Assembly: GCA_038230375.1 (NCBI GenBank)
Contig: JBBRNJ010000072.1
Location: forward strand, 1-45,831
Reading direction: 5' to 3'
Source of the DNA: Polyangiales bacterium
Lineage (GTDB): Bacteria > Myxococcota_A > Polyangia > Polyangiales > Polyangiaceae
DNA length: 45,831 nucleotides
Below are positions 27,881 through 36,694 of this stretch, piece after piece. The translations under genes were made by a program, and so were the position numbers. Position 1 is the stretch's first letter, and each line of letters opens with the position of its first letter. The notes under the pieces are model-generated. The model did not search any database, was not told the DNA's origin, and was given only the letters and a program-made list of their open reading frames with translations.

Positions 27881-28963
27881 TCAGAAGCCCTTCTGGCGGA
27901 GGCGCTGGACCACGTCGCGGTAGAACTGCTCGAAGTCGAACGTGGTCGCTGTGGCGCCGCTCACGTTGATGTTGCCGACCTCCTGCAGGTGATCGGCCGG
28001 CACGCACTGCATGAACTCGCCCCACTTGGCGCTCTCGACGGTGACGAGGCCGTCGTTCACGACGCCCTTCCCTTCCTCGAGCAGGAGCGCCGTGGGCACC
28101 ATCAGGGGCTGCGCCGCGTCCAGCTGGTTCGGCATGTTGGGGAACGTGCTGGTGTCGCAGACGCCCGTGCCGGAGCGGAGGTTCGTGCGACCCGCGTAGC
28201 TGGCGTAGTAGACGCCGGGCGCGTCGATGTACTTCGGGTTGAACGTGTTCGCCATGTACGGCGTCGTGAGCTCCTGCGCTTGCGCCATCAAGTTGGTGCT
28301 CGACTGGATGTCGTAGACGGTCTTCTCCAGCACGCCGAGCAGCGCAGAGGCGGCATCATTCAGCGTGTTCGAAGCGAAGCCGGGGATCAGCCCGAGCGCG
28401 ACGTCGGCGACCTTGCTTCCACGATGCGGAGTGGAGATGGTGGTGACGCTCGCGAGCACGTCGCCCATTCCGTAGCCGTTGGGGCTCGCGAGCACGCGCG
28501 CGTCCATGCCGCCCTGGCTGTGTCCAATGAGGTTCAGCTTCTTGCGGTTCGTCTTCTTCAGGATGTCCTGGAGCTGCGACATGATGGAGCCTGCGCGGAC
28601 CTCGCTCGTGTCGTACGGCGGTGCGACGGTCTCGAAGACCTCGAACTCACCATCGCGGGCAAGCGCGTCGCGAACGTGGTTCCAGTAGTCGACGCTGACG
28701 GGACCGACCGTGAGCTTGTCGAAGCCGGCCATGCCGTGAACCAGTACGACGGGATAGGGAGCGCCGAGACGCGTGTCCTCCGGTGCGGGCGTGCCGCCAC
28801 CGCTGGAAGGTGCGCCGCTGCCGGGGTTCGACCCAGACCCACTGCCACCACTGGGCCAGGGCCGACCGTCGCCGTCCGCAGTGCCTGACGCGACGCCGGC
28901 GGAGCTACCGCAGCCCGCGGCCAGCACAGCGAGGCACACCATCACGCCGGTCTTGATCCGCAT
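27881..28963 (-). CDS. Triacylglycerol lipase (family I-like alpha/beta hydrolase), lipoprotein
   Basis: YPVVLVHGMAGF, IGHSQGG, TPHRGS, NDGLV..SAKWG, ADHLQEVG; AAGC lipobox. Confidence 0.92.
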   Translation of the reverse strand: MRIKTGVMVCLAVLAAGCGSSAGVASGTADGDGRPWPSGGSGSGSNPGSGAPSSGGGTPAPEDTRLGAPYPVVLVHGMAGFDKLTVGPVSVDYWNHVRDALARDGEFEVFETVAPPYDTSEVRAGSIMSQLQDILKKTNRKKLNLIGHSQGGMDARVLASPNGYGMGDVLASVTTISTPHRGSKVADVALGLIPGFASNTLNDAASALLGVLEKTVYDIQSSTNLMAQAQELTTPYMANTFNPKYIDAPGVYYASYAGRTNLRSGTGVCDTSTFPNMPNQLDAAQPLMVPTALLLEEGKGVVNDGLVTVESAKWGEFMQCVPADHLQEVGNINVSGATATTFDFEQFYRDVVQRLRQKGF

Positions 28964-29038
28964 CTCGTTCTCTCCCGCGCCCAGGTGTCTCACCCGGGCG
29001 ACAACTTGACGCACCAAGACGACGTGGTCCCGTATTAA

Positions 29039-29066
29039 CCGCGTCTCAACAACGGTTTACGCGGTG
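29039..29066. promoter_or_regulatory. Dyad upstream of the lipase (candidate transcription factor site)
   Basis: ACCGCGT-N14-ACGCGGT in an AT-richer intergenic stretch. Confidence 0.3.
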
Positions 29067-29166
29067 CGTTAGTCCGCGTGATTGCTGGGGAAAAGACTCC
29101 CACATGGTGGGATGCCTCGCCCGTACCCCACCGCGTTTTTCGTCAGCATGCATACAAGAACGCCGA

Positions 29167-29940
29167 CTAGCGCGACATGCGGTGGCGGAGCTCGGTCACC
29201 TTGCGGCCCACGATGTCGTCGGTGGAGGCGCGCTGGGCGAGCTCGGCGGGTCGCGTCATCCATAGTGCAAAGGTCTCGGCCTTGTCCTCGGCGACGGCCG
29301 TGGTCGCGTACGCGGTGACGAAGCCGGGCGCGGTGTCCGCGCGTTCGCTCGCCCATGCAGTCCGCAGCGACCGACCGCCAGCGCCGTACGAGAATGACGG
29401 AGCGTTGAGCGCCTCCCACTCCCGATCGCTCGTGAGCGTGCCGTCGTCCGCAACGTCGATGAAGTGATAGAGCTCGTGATGCACGATGCGTGCGGCGAAC
29501 GTGTCGCTCAGCGTCGCATCGATGAGCCACCCACCATCGATGTTGGGCAGTGACGGGATGTCATGCCCGTTCTCTCGCAGGTGCTCGCAGACCAGCACGC
29601 GGGCCATGTTCGCGCGCGCAAGGTAGCCAGCCGGATAGCGCGCAAGCTCTCGGCGGATGACAGCAGTGATGCGCGCCGTGTCCGCGACCGAGGGTGCATC
29701 TGCCGTGATGTTGCCGTTGGGCAGACTCCACGTGATCGTTCGGCCCGCGATCCAGACCTCCGTGTCGTCCGGACCGACGTGTTCGCGCGTCGCGAAGCCG
29801 ACCTGCGAGAGCGTCGAACGCGTGTGCTCGACCCCCTCCTCGCGCGCCTCGGCCGCTGCGGCTTCGGGGTCGAACAGCCTCGCCTGCGCGACCGCGACGG
29901 CAGGCACCGTCAGCATCGCGGCCCCGAGAATCAGCGGCAT
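29167..29940 (-). CDS. Putative zinc-binding metallopeptidase (zincin)
   Basis: HHELYH motif; GFVTAYA....EDKAETFA; signal peptide. Start uncertain. Confidence 0.8.
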   Translation of the reverse strand: MPLILGAAMLTVPAVAVAQARLFDPEAAAAEAREEGVEHTRSTLSQVGFATREHVGPDDTEVWIAGRTITWSLPNGNITADAPSVADTARITAVIRRELARYPAGYLARANMARVLVCEHLRENGHDIPSLPNIDGGWLIDATLSDTFAARIVHHELYHFIDVADDGTLTSDREWEALNAPSFSYGAGGRSLRTAWASERADTAPGFVTAYATTAVAEDKAETFALWMTRPAELAQRASTDDIVGRKVTELRHRMSR

Positions 29941-30052
29941 GGCCCAGCTCGATGCGTCCACTGTGATGAAGTCTAGAGCGTCTTCGGCGAACGCCACAGT
30001 CAATGTTCGTATGCGCAGCAGAGCGGCATGCTGAGAGCAACGCGTCGCGACG

Positions 30053-30565
30053 CTACCGCATCTGCTTCGGCCCGTAGTTCGGCGCTGAGGGCCAGTCGCC
30101 GCCAACGTGGGGTGTGCCGGGCGCGGTGCCCTGCGCTCCGCCGCCACCGCCGCCGCCGCCAGAACGGTAGTAGTAGACCGGGCCGCTGCGGTACGTGGTG
30201 GGCCGGTCCGACGCGAAGGCGCGATTCTGCGCCGCGGCCTCGTCGTTGGCTTGCTCCTGCGCGTGGTCCATGTCCACGACGGGGTCCTGGTTGTTGCGGC
30301 CGATCACGATCGTCTGCCTGATGCGCGGCGCCGGGTCGGGCGCACCGATCGTGCCTGGTGGTGGCGGAGCAGAGCGCGCGTCAGCGGCCCGTGATCGCGC
30401 CATCTCCTCGGGGCTCATGTAGTCGAGCATCACGGCGTTCGGAGGGGGTGTGACACCACCACGGGCCGCTGGCGGCTTTGTCGCGTTGCTCGTGGCGCAC
30501 CCAACGCCTCCAGCCGCGCATGCGACCAGCACGAAGAACGAACGCGCCGCGTGAGAACTCATCAT
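30053..30565 (-). CDS. Hypothetical Pro/Gly-rich lipoprotein
   Basis: GVGC lipobox and coding codon bias. Confidence 0.7.
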   Translation of the reverse strand: MMSSHAARSFFVLVACAAGGVGCATSNATKPPAARGGVTPPPNAVMLDYMSPEEMARSRAADARSAPPPPGTIGAPDPAPRIRQTIVIGRNNQDPVVDMDHAQEQANDEAAAQNRAFASDRPTTYRSGPVYYYRSGGGGGGGGAQGTAPGTPHVGGDWPSAPNYGPKQMR

Positions 30566-30599
30566 TGGATGATGACGCAACCCAGCCACGCCGTCCACT

Positions 30600-30746
30600 T
30601 CAGGCGTCTTTGCAGCGACGCGGCAGCCCGGTCGCAGTCAGGCGTCTTGCAGCGACGCGGCAGCCCGGTCGCAGTCAGGCGTCTTGCAGCGACGCGGCAG
30701 CCCGGTCGCGGTCAGGCGTCTTGCAGCGACGCGGCAGCCCGGTCGC
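30600..30746. repeat. 37-bp tandem repeat x4 derived from the 3' end of the adjacent gene
   Basis: Unit TCAGGCGTCTTGCAGCGACGCGGCAGCCCGGTCGCAG at 30600 (with an extra T), 30638, 30675 and 30712; no spacers. Confidence 0.95.
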
Positions 30747-31692
30747 TGCGTACAACGCCAATGACTTCTTCCGACGACAGGAGCGTGCCTTGTTCCGCCG
30801 CGAGCGCTGCGTCCGCGAGGGCCTTCTCGACGTCCGTGCCAGGGCGCGCCCCGAGGGCGGCATCCACGTTGGTCCCGAGCGAGAGCAGCGCGATGGGTGA
30901 GCGCGCCGGCAGGGCATGGCCTGGGCGCGTGCGGGTCTGACCGCGCACGACCGGCTCCGCGAAGAATGGCGCTAGCAGGCCAAGCTCCGGCACCAGTACG
31001 CCCTCGTCGTGCTCCTCGTAGGAGAGGACGGCAAACGCGCCTGCGCGGTCCGTTGCCGCGACGCAATGAACGACACCGCGGTTGGACCCCTGCGGGCCCG
31101 CCCACGGCGCACGAAGAAGCCTTGCGCCGTGCTGGTGCGCGACTGCGGGGAGCGGCTTCATGCGCGCGTCGATGTCGCCGAGGTCGTCCGCGGTGAGCAG
31201 CCCGCCAGCGAGCCGACCGGCTGCGCCCAGCAATGGGTCCGCGTTGTCCACGAACGCGCGGGTCCCGCGATCCTTCACCTGCGCGAGGAACGTACCTCGC
31301 GGGTCCTTCTTGCCGACAAGCAAGAGTGCAGGCGCGATCGCAGCGGCCAGCGTCAGCGTGCCCGCATGTGCGAGCGCGGCGGCGAGCGCGGCCACGAATG
31401 CGGAGGCTCCGACGCGTGCTGCGTCCGGGATGTCCTCCTCCGACGTGAAGCCACGCGGACGCGCGACTCCCTTGCCAGGCTGCCGAACGCGGCCATCCCA
31501 CGCGTACAGGCCGAGCCCGCCACCACCGCAGAGGATCTGCACCGGGCCCAGGAGCACGCTGTCGTGGGACGCCGCGGCCGCGAACGCCCCCGCCACGACG
31601 GCGCCAAGCGCGCCGCCCTTGATGACCACCTGCTCCGCAGCCACCTTCGCGGCCTTGCTCGTTGCGCTGACGGCGTTCTTCTTCTGCGACAT
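30712..31692 (-). CDS. Short, degenerate gamma-glutamyltranspeptidase-like protein
   Basis: GG.L.AVVA, DGRVRQPG, GTLTLAAAIAPA, GGLLTADDL and VVHCVAATDRAG follow the GGT motif order; about 326 aa. Confidence 0.6.
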   Translation of the reverse strand: MSQKKNAVSATSKAAKVAAEQVVIKGGALGAVVAGAFAAAASHDSVLLGPVQILCGGGGLGLYAWDGRVRQPGKGVARPRGFTSEEDIPDAARVGASAFVAALAAALAHAGTLTLAAAIAPALLLVGKKDPRGTFLAQVKDRGTRAFVDNADPLLGAAGRLAGGLLTADDLGDIDARMKPLPAVAHQHGARLLRAPWAGPQGSNRGVVHCVAATDRAGAFAVLSYEEHDEGVLVPELGLLAPFFAEPVVRGQTRTRPGHALPARSPIALLSLGTNVDAALGARPGTDVEKALADAALAAEQGTLLSSEEVIGVVRSDRAAASLQDA

Positions 31693-31699
31693 GCGGCCG

Positions 31700-32440
31700 C
31701 TACTCTTGCTCGTCGTCGTGTGCCACGAGCGCGACCGGTGTGCGCGGGCGGATGAGTCGGCCCATTCCCCCAGAGCTGCTTCGAACGCGCACCGCAGCCT
31801 TGCGGAGGCCCTTGCACTCCGCAAGCGCAGTGTCAGTCTCGATCACGAAGTAGGCGTCGCGCCGGTCACCGACGTTCTTCGCCACACGCTCGAGCGCGGC
31901 AGGGCCAAACGAGCGAGTCTCACCGAGCGCGCGCAGGCGGCCGTACGCCACGGGGCCCTCGGGGACGACGTCGCGGGCGGGATCGGTCACGAGCACCACG
32001 TCGATCTTCTTCGCGAAGCGAGCGGCCTCCTCCGTCTCCCAGAGGCCCGAGCACTCCCACACCACTGTCGTCGAGTCGCGGCGGATCGTCTCGACGAACG
32101 CGCGCAGCCGGTCGCGCCACACCTGCGAGGGCGACACGTCGACCGGTGTCTTCACCAGCGCGACGCGCGCCTCGAGCACGTCGCTGGTCTGCGTGAACAT
32201 CGTGCGCTCTTCGTCGGCCGCGGCGCTCTGCTTCAGCGTGGACATCGCGGGCCCGCAAACGACCGCGAACTCGAACGTGGGCGGCACGTTCTTCCGCCAC
32301 TTGCGGAGCGTGGTCGCGTTGGGCATGAGCCGGAGGTTCGCCGCGGCGACCACGGGAACCTCGAGGAGGTCGAAGCGCTTCGCATACGTGGCGATGTCGC
32401 CGCGCAAGGACTTCGCCGCGATGTGATAGCGCGTGGCCAT
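31700..32440 (-). CDS. DUF72 (YecE-like) domain protein
   Basis: YAKRFDLLEV, TLRKWRKNVPPTFEFAV, VWE..G.W, DP, AYGRLR. Confidence 0.78.
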   Translation of the reverse strand: MATRYHIAAKSLRGDIATYAKRFDLLEVPVVAAANLRLMPNATTLRKWRKNVPPTFEFAVVCGPAMSTLKQSAAADEERTMFTQTSDVLEARVALVKTPVDVSPSQVWRDRLRAFVETIRRDSTTVVWECSGLWETEEAARFAKKIDVVLVTDPARDVVPEGPVAYGRLRALGETRSFGPAALERVAKNVGDRRDAYFVIETDTALAECKGLRKAAVRVRSSSGGMGRLIRPRTPVALVAHDDEQE

Positions 32441-32505
32441 GGGGGCTCCTCATACACCAAAAGCTGCCGGGAGAAGCCGAAAGAACACGCCTTCTGATGA
32501 AGACG

Positions 32506-35500
32506 CTACGACAGCGTGATGTCTGGCGTGTGTTTCAACAAGTACGTCAGCCACGCGTCGGAGAGCTTCTCTTGCATCGAGTTGGCGCGCAGCCGCGAGC
32601 GCAGATGCGCGAAGTCGACGGAGTCGAGATCCTGGTCCTGATTCATGCACGTGAACACGACCGACTCCTTGCCGGTCTTCGGGTCCACGTGCTTCTGCAG
32701 GCACTGCGCGCAGATCTCCTTCATCATGCACTGCATCGGCGAGTTGATGCTCCCGATGGCAAGGTGCTTCGGGTCGAGCTTGGATGCGAGGACGCCGTGA
32801 CGCGCATCCTTCACAGCGGCCATCATGCGGTCGCTCCCGATGGCGATGATGCGTGACACCTGCGACAGCTTGAACATGGGCGCGCCCACCTTGCCCTCCG
32901 CGTAAGCGATCATCGCGTGCACGATGTTGCCGCGGAAGTGAGCGTCCTGGGGACGGCGCGGTGGAATTTCCACGCCGGCATCCGTTGTCCAGATCACCTG
33001 GTCCGTGTTGCTCTCGATGTCGTCCTGCTTGAAGAGGTCCTCGCCCTTCTTGTAGCCGGCGAAGTACAGGACCTTGGCGCCCTGCGCCTTGAATGCGCGC
33101 GCGATGGAGAAGAGCACGGCGTTGCGGAGGCCGCCGCCGCAGAGCATCACGGTCTCGTTCCCGTGGATCTCGGTGGGCGCGCCCGTGGGTCCCATGAGGA
33201 CCACGCGGTCGCCCTGCTTCAAGGACGCGCAGAGGCGCGAGCTGCCGCCCATCTCGAGCACGATGGTGCCGAGCAGGCCCTTCTCCGCGTCGATCCACGC
33301 GCCGGTGAGCGCGAGGCCCTCCATCGCGAGGCGCGTGCCCTCTGTGACCTGCGCGTCCGCCTCGAAATTCTGCAGGCGGTAGAACTGACCAGGCAGGAAC
33401 TTGCGCGCGGCGAGCGGCGCACGCACGACGATCTCGACGATGGTCTTCGTGAGGCGGTTCACCGCCACGACCTCCGCGCGTAGCAGGTCCTCCAGCTGAT
33501 CGGTGAACGCCGTGAGCTTCTGCTCGCGCGCGGGCTGATCGTTCGCGTCCAGGTGATCGAGCTCCGGGAACAGCTTGCGCACGTACGGGTAGCCGTCCTT
33601 CGCGCTCGCCATCGCCTTCACCACGCTGCCTGCGTAGTGCGGATGGTTGTCGCCGAAGTACGAGACGGTGTGGTTCTCGTGGAGGTAGCTGGTGAAGAAC
33701 GCGTGCCGCGGCTTCGCCTCCGCCACGGTGATCTTGCCGCTGCTCGTGCCATTCGCGTGGGTCGCATCGGGCGCATCGGCAACCGCGGTGTGCGCGAGGA
33801 AGTACTGACCCTTCGCGTCCATCTTGAACGTTTTGGGCCACTCCTTCTCGTACGTGACGTTGGGGCTCGTGCCTGCCGCGACGCACACCGTCCGCGCCGG
33901 CATCTCGATCTCCGTGCCGTCGGCGCGCTTGAATTTCAGGCCATTCACGTGACCGTAGGAGTCGAGCACGGCCTCCGTGGGCGACATGTTCTCCACGTAG
34001 CGAATGCCTTCTTCCAGGCTCTTCGCGACCTCTTCGTGGTTCAGCCGATACGCGGGTGAGTCGAGCAGGCTCTTGCGATAGACGAGCGTGACGCCGCCCC
34101 ACCTGTCGACCAGGTGCTGGAGCTTCGCGTCGCGACCCTCGCGCGCGGCGAGCTCACGCTCTGCCTCGAGCTCCTTCGCGTGGGTGAGCTGCTTCTCGAG
34201 CTGCGTCCACTCCTCGAGATCGAACATCTTGCGAACGACGTCGTCGCCGAGCTCCGAGCAGAGCACGCGGTACCGGTGCAACGTCTTCTCGATCTGCACG
34301 GGGTAGTACGCGTAGAGCTCCGTGGCCGTGTCGATGGCCGTGAGGCCGCCGCCAACCACGACCGCGGGCAGCTCCACCTCCAGGTTTGCGAGCGAGCTCT
34401 TCTTGTATGCGCCCGTGAGCTGCAGTCCCATGAGGAAGTCGCTCGCCTTGCGGATGCCGCGCGCGAGGTTGTTCTTCATGTCGATGATGGTGGGCCGGCC
34501 AGCGCCCGCGGCGAGCGCGACGTGATGGAAGCCGAGCTGCCACGCGTCCTCGAGCGTGAGCGTGCCGCCGAAGCGCACGCCGCCGAAGATGCGCATGAGC
34601 GGCGACCGCGCGAGCGTGATGTAGAGGAGCGTGAGGAAGTTCTTGTCCCAGCGAACGGTGATGCCGTACTCGCTGACGCCGCCGAAGCCGAGCAGCAGGC
34701 GCTCGTCGAGCTCGCGGTAGAGCGTGCCGAAGTCCTCGATGGGCGCGGGCGGCGCGTCCTTGGTGCCGGTGAGCTCCGTGGGGAGCGGCTCGATCTTGAG
34801 GCCGTCCACCGCGGCGACGCAGAAGCCTTCGCGCGTGAGGTGGTGAGACAGCGTGTAGCCCGCGGGGCCGAGGCCCACCACGAGCACGTTCTTGCCGTTG
34901 TAAGGCAGGTTGTACGGGCGCTCGACATTGAGCGGGTTCCAGCGCGTGAGGAAGCCGTAGATCTCCAGACCGAACGGCATCGCGAGCACCTCGGTGAGGG
35001 CGCGCGTCTCGGCCTGCGGGATGTTGACCGGCTCCTGCTTCTGGAAGACGCATGCCTTCATGCAGTCGTTGCAGATGCGGTGACCGGTGCCCGGGCACAT
35101 GGGGTTGTCGATGCAGATGATCGCGAGGGCGCCGAGCGCGTCGCCCTGCTGCCTCACGGCGTGCATCTCGCTGATGCGCTCTCCGAGCGGGCAGCCCTCG
35201 AGCATGACGCCCAGGGAGTTCTTCTTGATCTCCTTGGTCTTGGGATCGCGCAGGCCCTTCGTGCACGAGTCCTTGTCGCGATCGTGACAGAGAAGACAGT
35301 AGTCGAGCTCCTGCTCGACCTCGCGCGGGCTCATGCGGCGGTCCGTCAACGAGAAGCCATCGCGCTCGCGGCGCTCGTGCGCGGGGCCGACGAACATCTC
35401 CGGGATCTTGGGCTCCGGACGAACGACCTCCACCAGGTGCTGGTAGTCCAGGTTCTTGGGCTGACGGAGCGACGGCCAGAGGCGCATCGGATCGTGGTGG

Positions 35501-36270
35501 TCACGGCTCCGCGCGGCGAGCCACGCCTCGAATGCATCCAGCGCAAAGGCCACGACGCGCGCGTTCTCCTCGTCGGTGGGGCTGGCGGTCCCTGTGGCGC
35601 ACGCGTCCTTCGCGCTGGCGTGCTGAGCGAGCGCGACGCGGAGCGACTCGGCGCGGGCCTTGAGCTCTGGCGTCCACTGGGCGCCGCCGGCCTTCGCGGC
35701 CTTGCGTGCGACGTCGTCGACTTCGAAGAAGTGCGTCACGCTGCGTGCGACGGAGAGCTCCTCGTCGCGGTTGCGCGTGAGCGCGTCCGGGATGGCCACG
35801 GCGATCGCCGCGCGCGCGACCGACTCCGCCGCGTCGAGGCCGTGCGCAAAGTTCTTGCCGGCGCCTTCCTTCAGGACACGCTTCTTCGCGAAGTCGCGAC
35901 GGAACGAGAAGAGCGCCGCGCGGACCGTCACCTCGTCACGCAGCGTCTTCGTGGCCGACTCGACCTGGAACAGCTTCGCGACGAACGCGCTGACGTGCGG
36001 CGCGAGGGCCAGCAGCGCCGTGCTGACGTCCTCGGGCTTCATGCCAACGCCCTTGCACGTGCGGTATGCGTCGAACGTCGCATATGCCGCGGGGGCCTGC
36101 GCGCGCACCTCCTCGAAGAAGACGTCGTGGAGCGCGTGGAGCTTCTCGGGTGAGAAGAGGTCCCGGAAGCGATAGCCCGCCACCCCCATGGGCATGTCGG
36201 CCGTGGGCGCGATCTCTTGCGGCGGTCTGGACGGACGACGGAATGCCTGGAGGGTGCTCTGGGTGGTCAC
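32506..36270 (-). CDS. Large flavo-iron-sulfur oxidoreductase: GltD/NfnB-like module fused to an FNR/PyrK/NfnA-like module
   Basis: YCLLCH...SC...GCP and CPGTGHRICNDCMKAC (Fe-S); GLGPAG and GGGLTAID (FAD/NAD(P)); PGQFYRL, MGPTG and SINSPMQCMMKEICAQC...VFTC ([2Fe-2S]). Start is GTG 36270 or ATG 36195. Confidence 0.88.
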   Translation of the reverse strand: MTTQSTLQAFRRPSRPPQEIAPTADMPMGVAGYRFRDLFSPEKLHALHDVFFEEVRAQAPAAYATFDAYRTCKGVGMKPEDVSTALLALAPHVSAFVAKLFQVESATKTLRDEVTVRAALFSFRRDFAKKRVLKEGAGKNFAHGLDAAESVARAAIAVAIPDALTRNRDEELSVARSVTHFFEVDDVARKAAKAGGAQWTPELKARAESLRVALAQHASAKDACATGTASPTDEENARVVAFALDAFEAWLAARSRDHHDPMRLWPSLRQPKNLDYQHLVEVVRPEPKIPEMFVGPAHERRERDGFSLTDRRMSPREVEQELDYCLLCHDRDKDSCTKGLRDPKTKEIKKNSLGVMLEGCPLGERISEMHAVRQQGDALGALAIICIDNPMCPGTGHRICNDCMKACVFQKQEPVNIPQAETRALTEVLAMPFGLEIYGFLTRWNPLNVERPYNLPYNGKNVLVVGLGPAGYTLSHHLTREGFCVAAVDGLKIEPLPTELTGTKDAPPAPIEDFGTLYRELDERLLLGFGGVSEYGITVRWDKNFLTLLYITLARSPLMRIFGGVRFGGTLTLEDAWQLGFHHVALAAGAGRPTIIDMKNNLARGIRKASDFLMGLQLTGAYKKSSLANLEVELPAVVVGGGLTAIDTATELYAYYPVQIEKTLHRYRVLCSELGDDVVRKMFDLEEWTQLEKQLTHAKELEAERELAAREGRDAKLQHLVDRWGGVTLVYRKSLLDSPAYRLNHEEVAKSLEEGIRYVENMSPTEAVLDSYGHVNGLKFKRADGTEIEMPARTVCVAAGTSPNVTYEKEWPKTFKMDAKGQYFLAHTAVADAPDATHANGTSSGKITVAEAKPRHAFFTSYLHENHTVSYFGDNHPHYAGSVVKAMASAKDGYPYVRKLFPELDHLDANDQPAREQKLTAFTDQLEDLLRAEVVAVNRLTKTIVEIVVRAPLAARKFLPGQFYRLQNFEADAQVTEGTRLAMEGLALTGAWIDAEKGLLGTIVLEMGGSSRLCASLKQGDRVVLMGPTGAPTEIHGNETVMLCGGGLRNAVLFSIARAFKAQGAKVLYFAGYKKGEDLFKQDDIESNTDQVIWTTDAGVEIPPRRPQDAHFRGNIVHAMIAYAEGKVGAPMFKLSQVSRIIAIGSDRMMAAVKDARHGVLASKLDPKHLAIGSINSPMQCMMKEICAQCLQKHVDPKTGKESVVFTCMNQDQDLDSVDFAHLRSRLRANSMQEKLSDAWLTYLLKHTPDITLS

Positions 36271-36307
36271 GCGGTGTACTCGGTACGTTGCTTCAAGGGG
36301 ACTTCGG

Positions 36308-36595
36308 TCACTCGGAGGCCTTGGGGACGAACGCGGTCTGGGCAAGGTCGCCCTCTTCGAAGCCGAAGTAGACCGCGCACTGCTTGAACATGAATTTCTG
36401 CCCTTCTTGCGAGGTGAGGTCGACCTTGTACGTGTTGATGTACTTCACCGAGTCCTTGAGCCATCCATCCCACGCGTCCTTGCTGACCTCGTCGTAGATG
36501 CGCTTTCCGAGCTCGTTCTTGTAGGGTTGGCGCGAAAGACCGGGCAGCTCTTTGCCGAGCTTCTTGCAGTGGACCATGCGGGGGGCGTCGCTCAT
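36308..36595 (-). CDS. yggX: Fe(II)-trafficking / oxidative damage protection protein
   Basis: RMVHCKKLGKE.PGL...PY..ELGKRIY..VSK.AW..W...IN.Y..DL. Confidence 0.93.
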   Translation of the reverse strand: MSDAPRMVHCKKLGKELPGLSRQPYKNELGKRIYDEVSKDAWDGWLKDSVKYINTYKVDLTSQEGQKFMFKQCAVYFGFEEGDLAQTAFVPKASE

Positions 36596-36694
36596 GGCGG
36601 GGTATTTAGCGACTCTCGCGTCCACACGGAAGGGCCCCCTCGCTGGTTCTTCGTTCCCAGACATGATTTCGGCGTATCTTGGGCCGAAGAGGGC

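Noticed and set aside
30600..30746. CRISPR array (37-bp, partly palindromic unit)
   Set aside because: Units are contiguous with no spacers, one copy is coding sequence, and there are no cas genes.
32506..36270. Glutamate synthase small subunit (gltD)
   Set aside because: Far longer than GltD, carries an extra FNR-[2Fe-2S] module, and has no gltB neighbour.
36188..36694. N-terminal extension of the 1073-aa ORF
   Set aside because: It overlaps yggX on the opposite strand; the real start is ATG 36695, just before the zinc ribbon.
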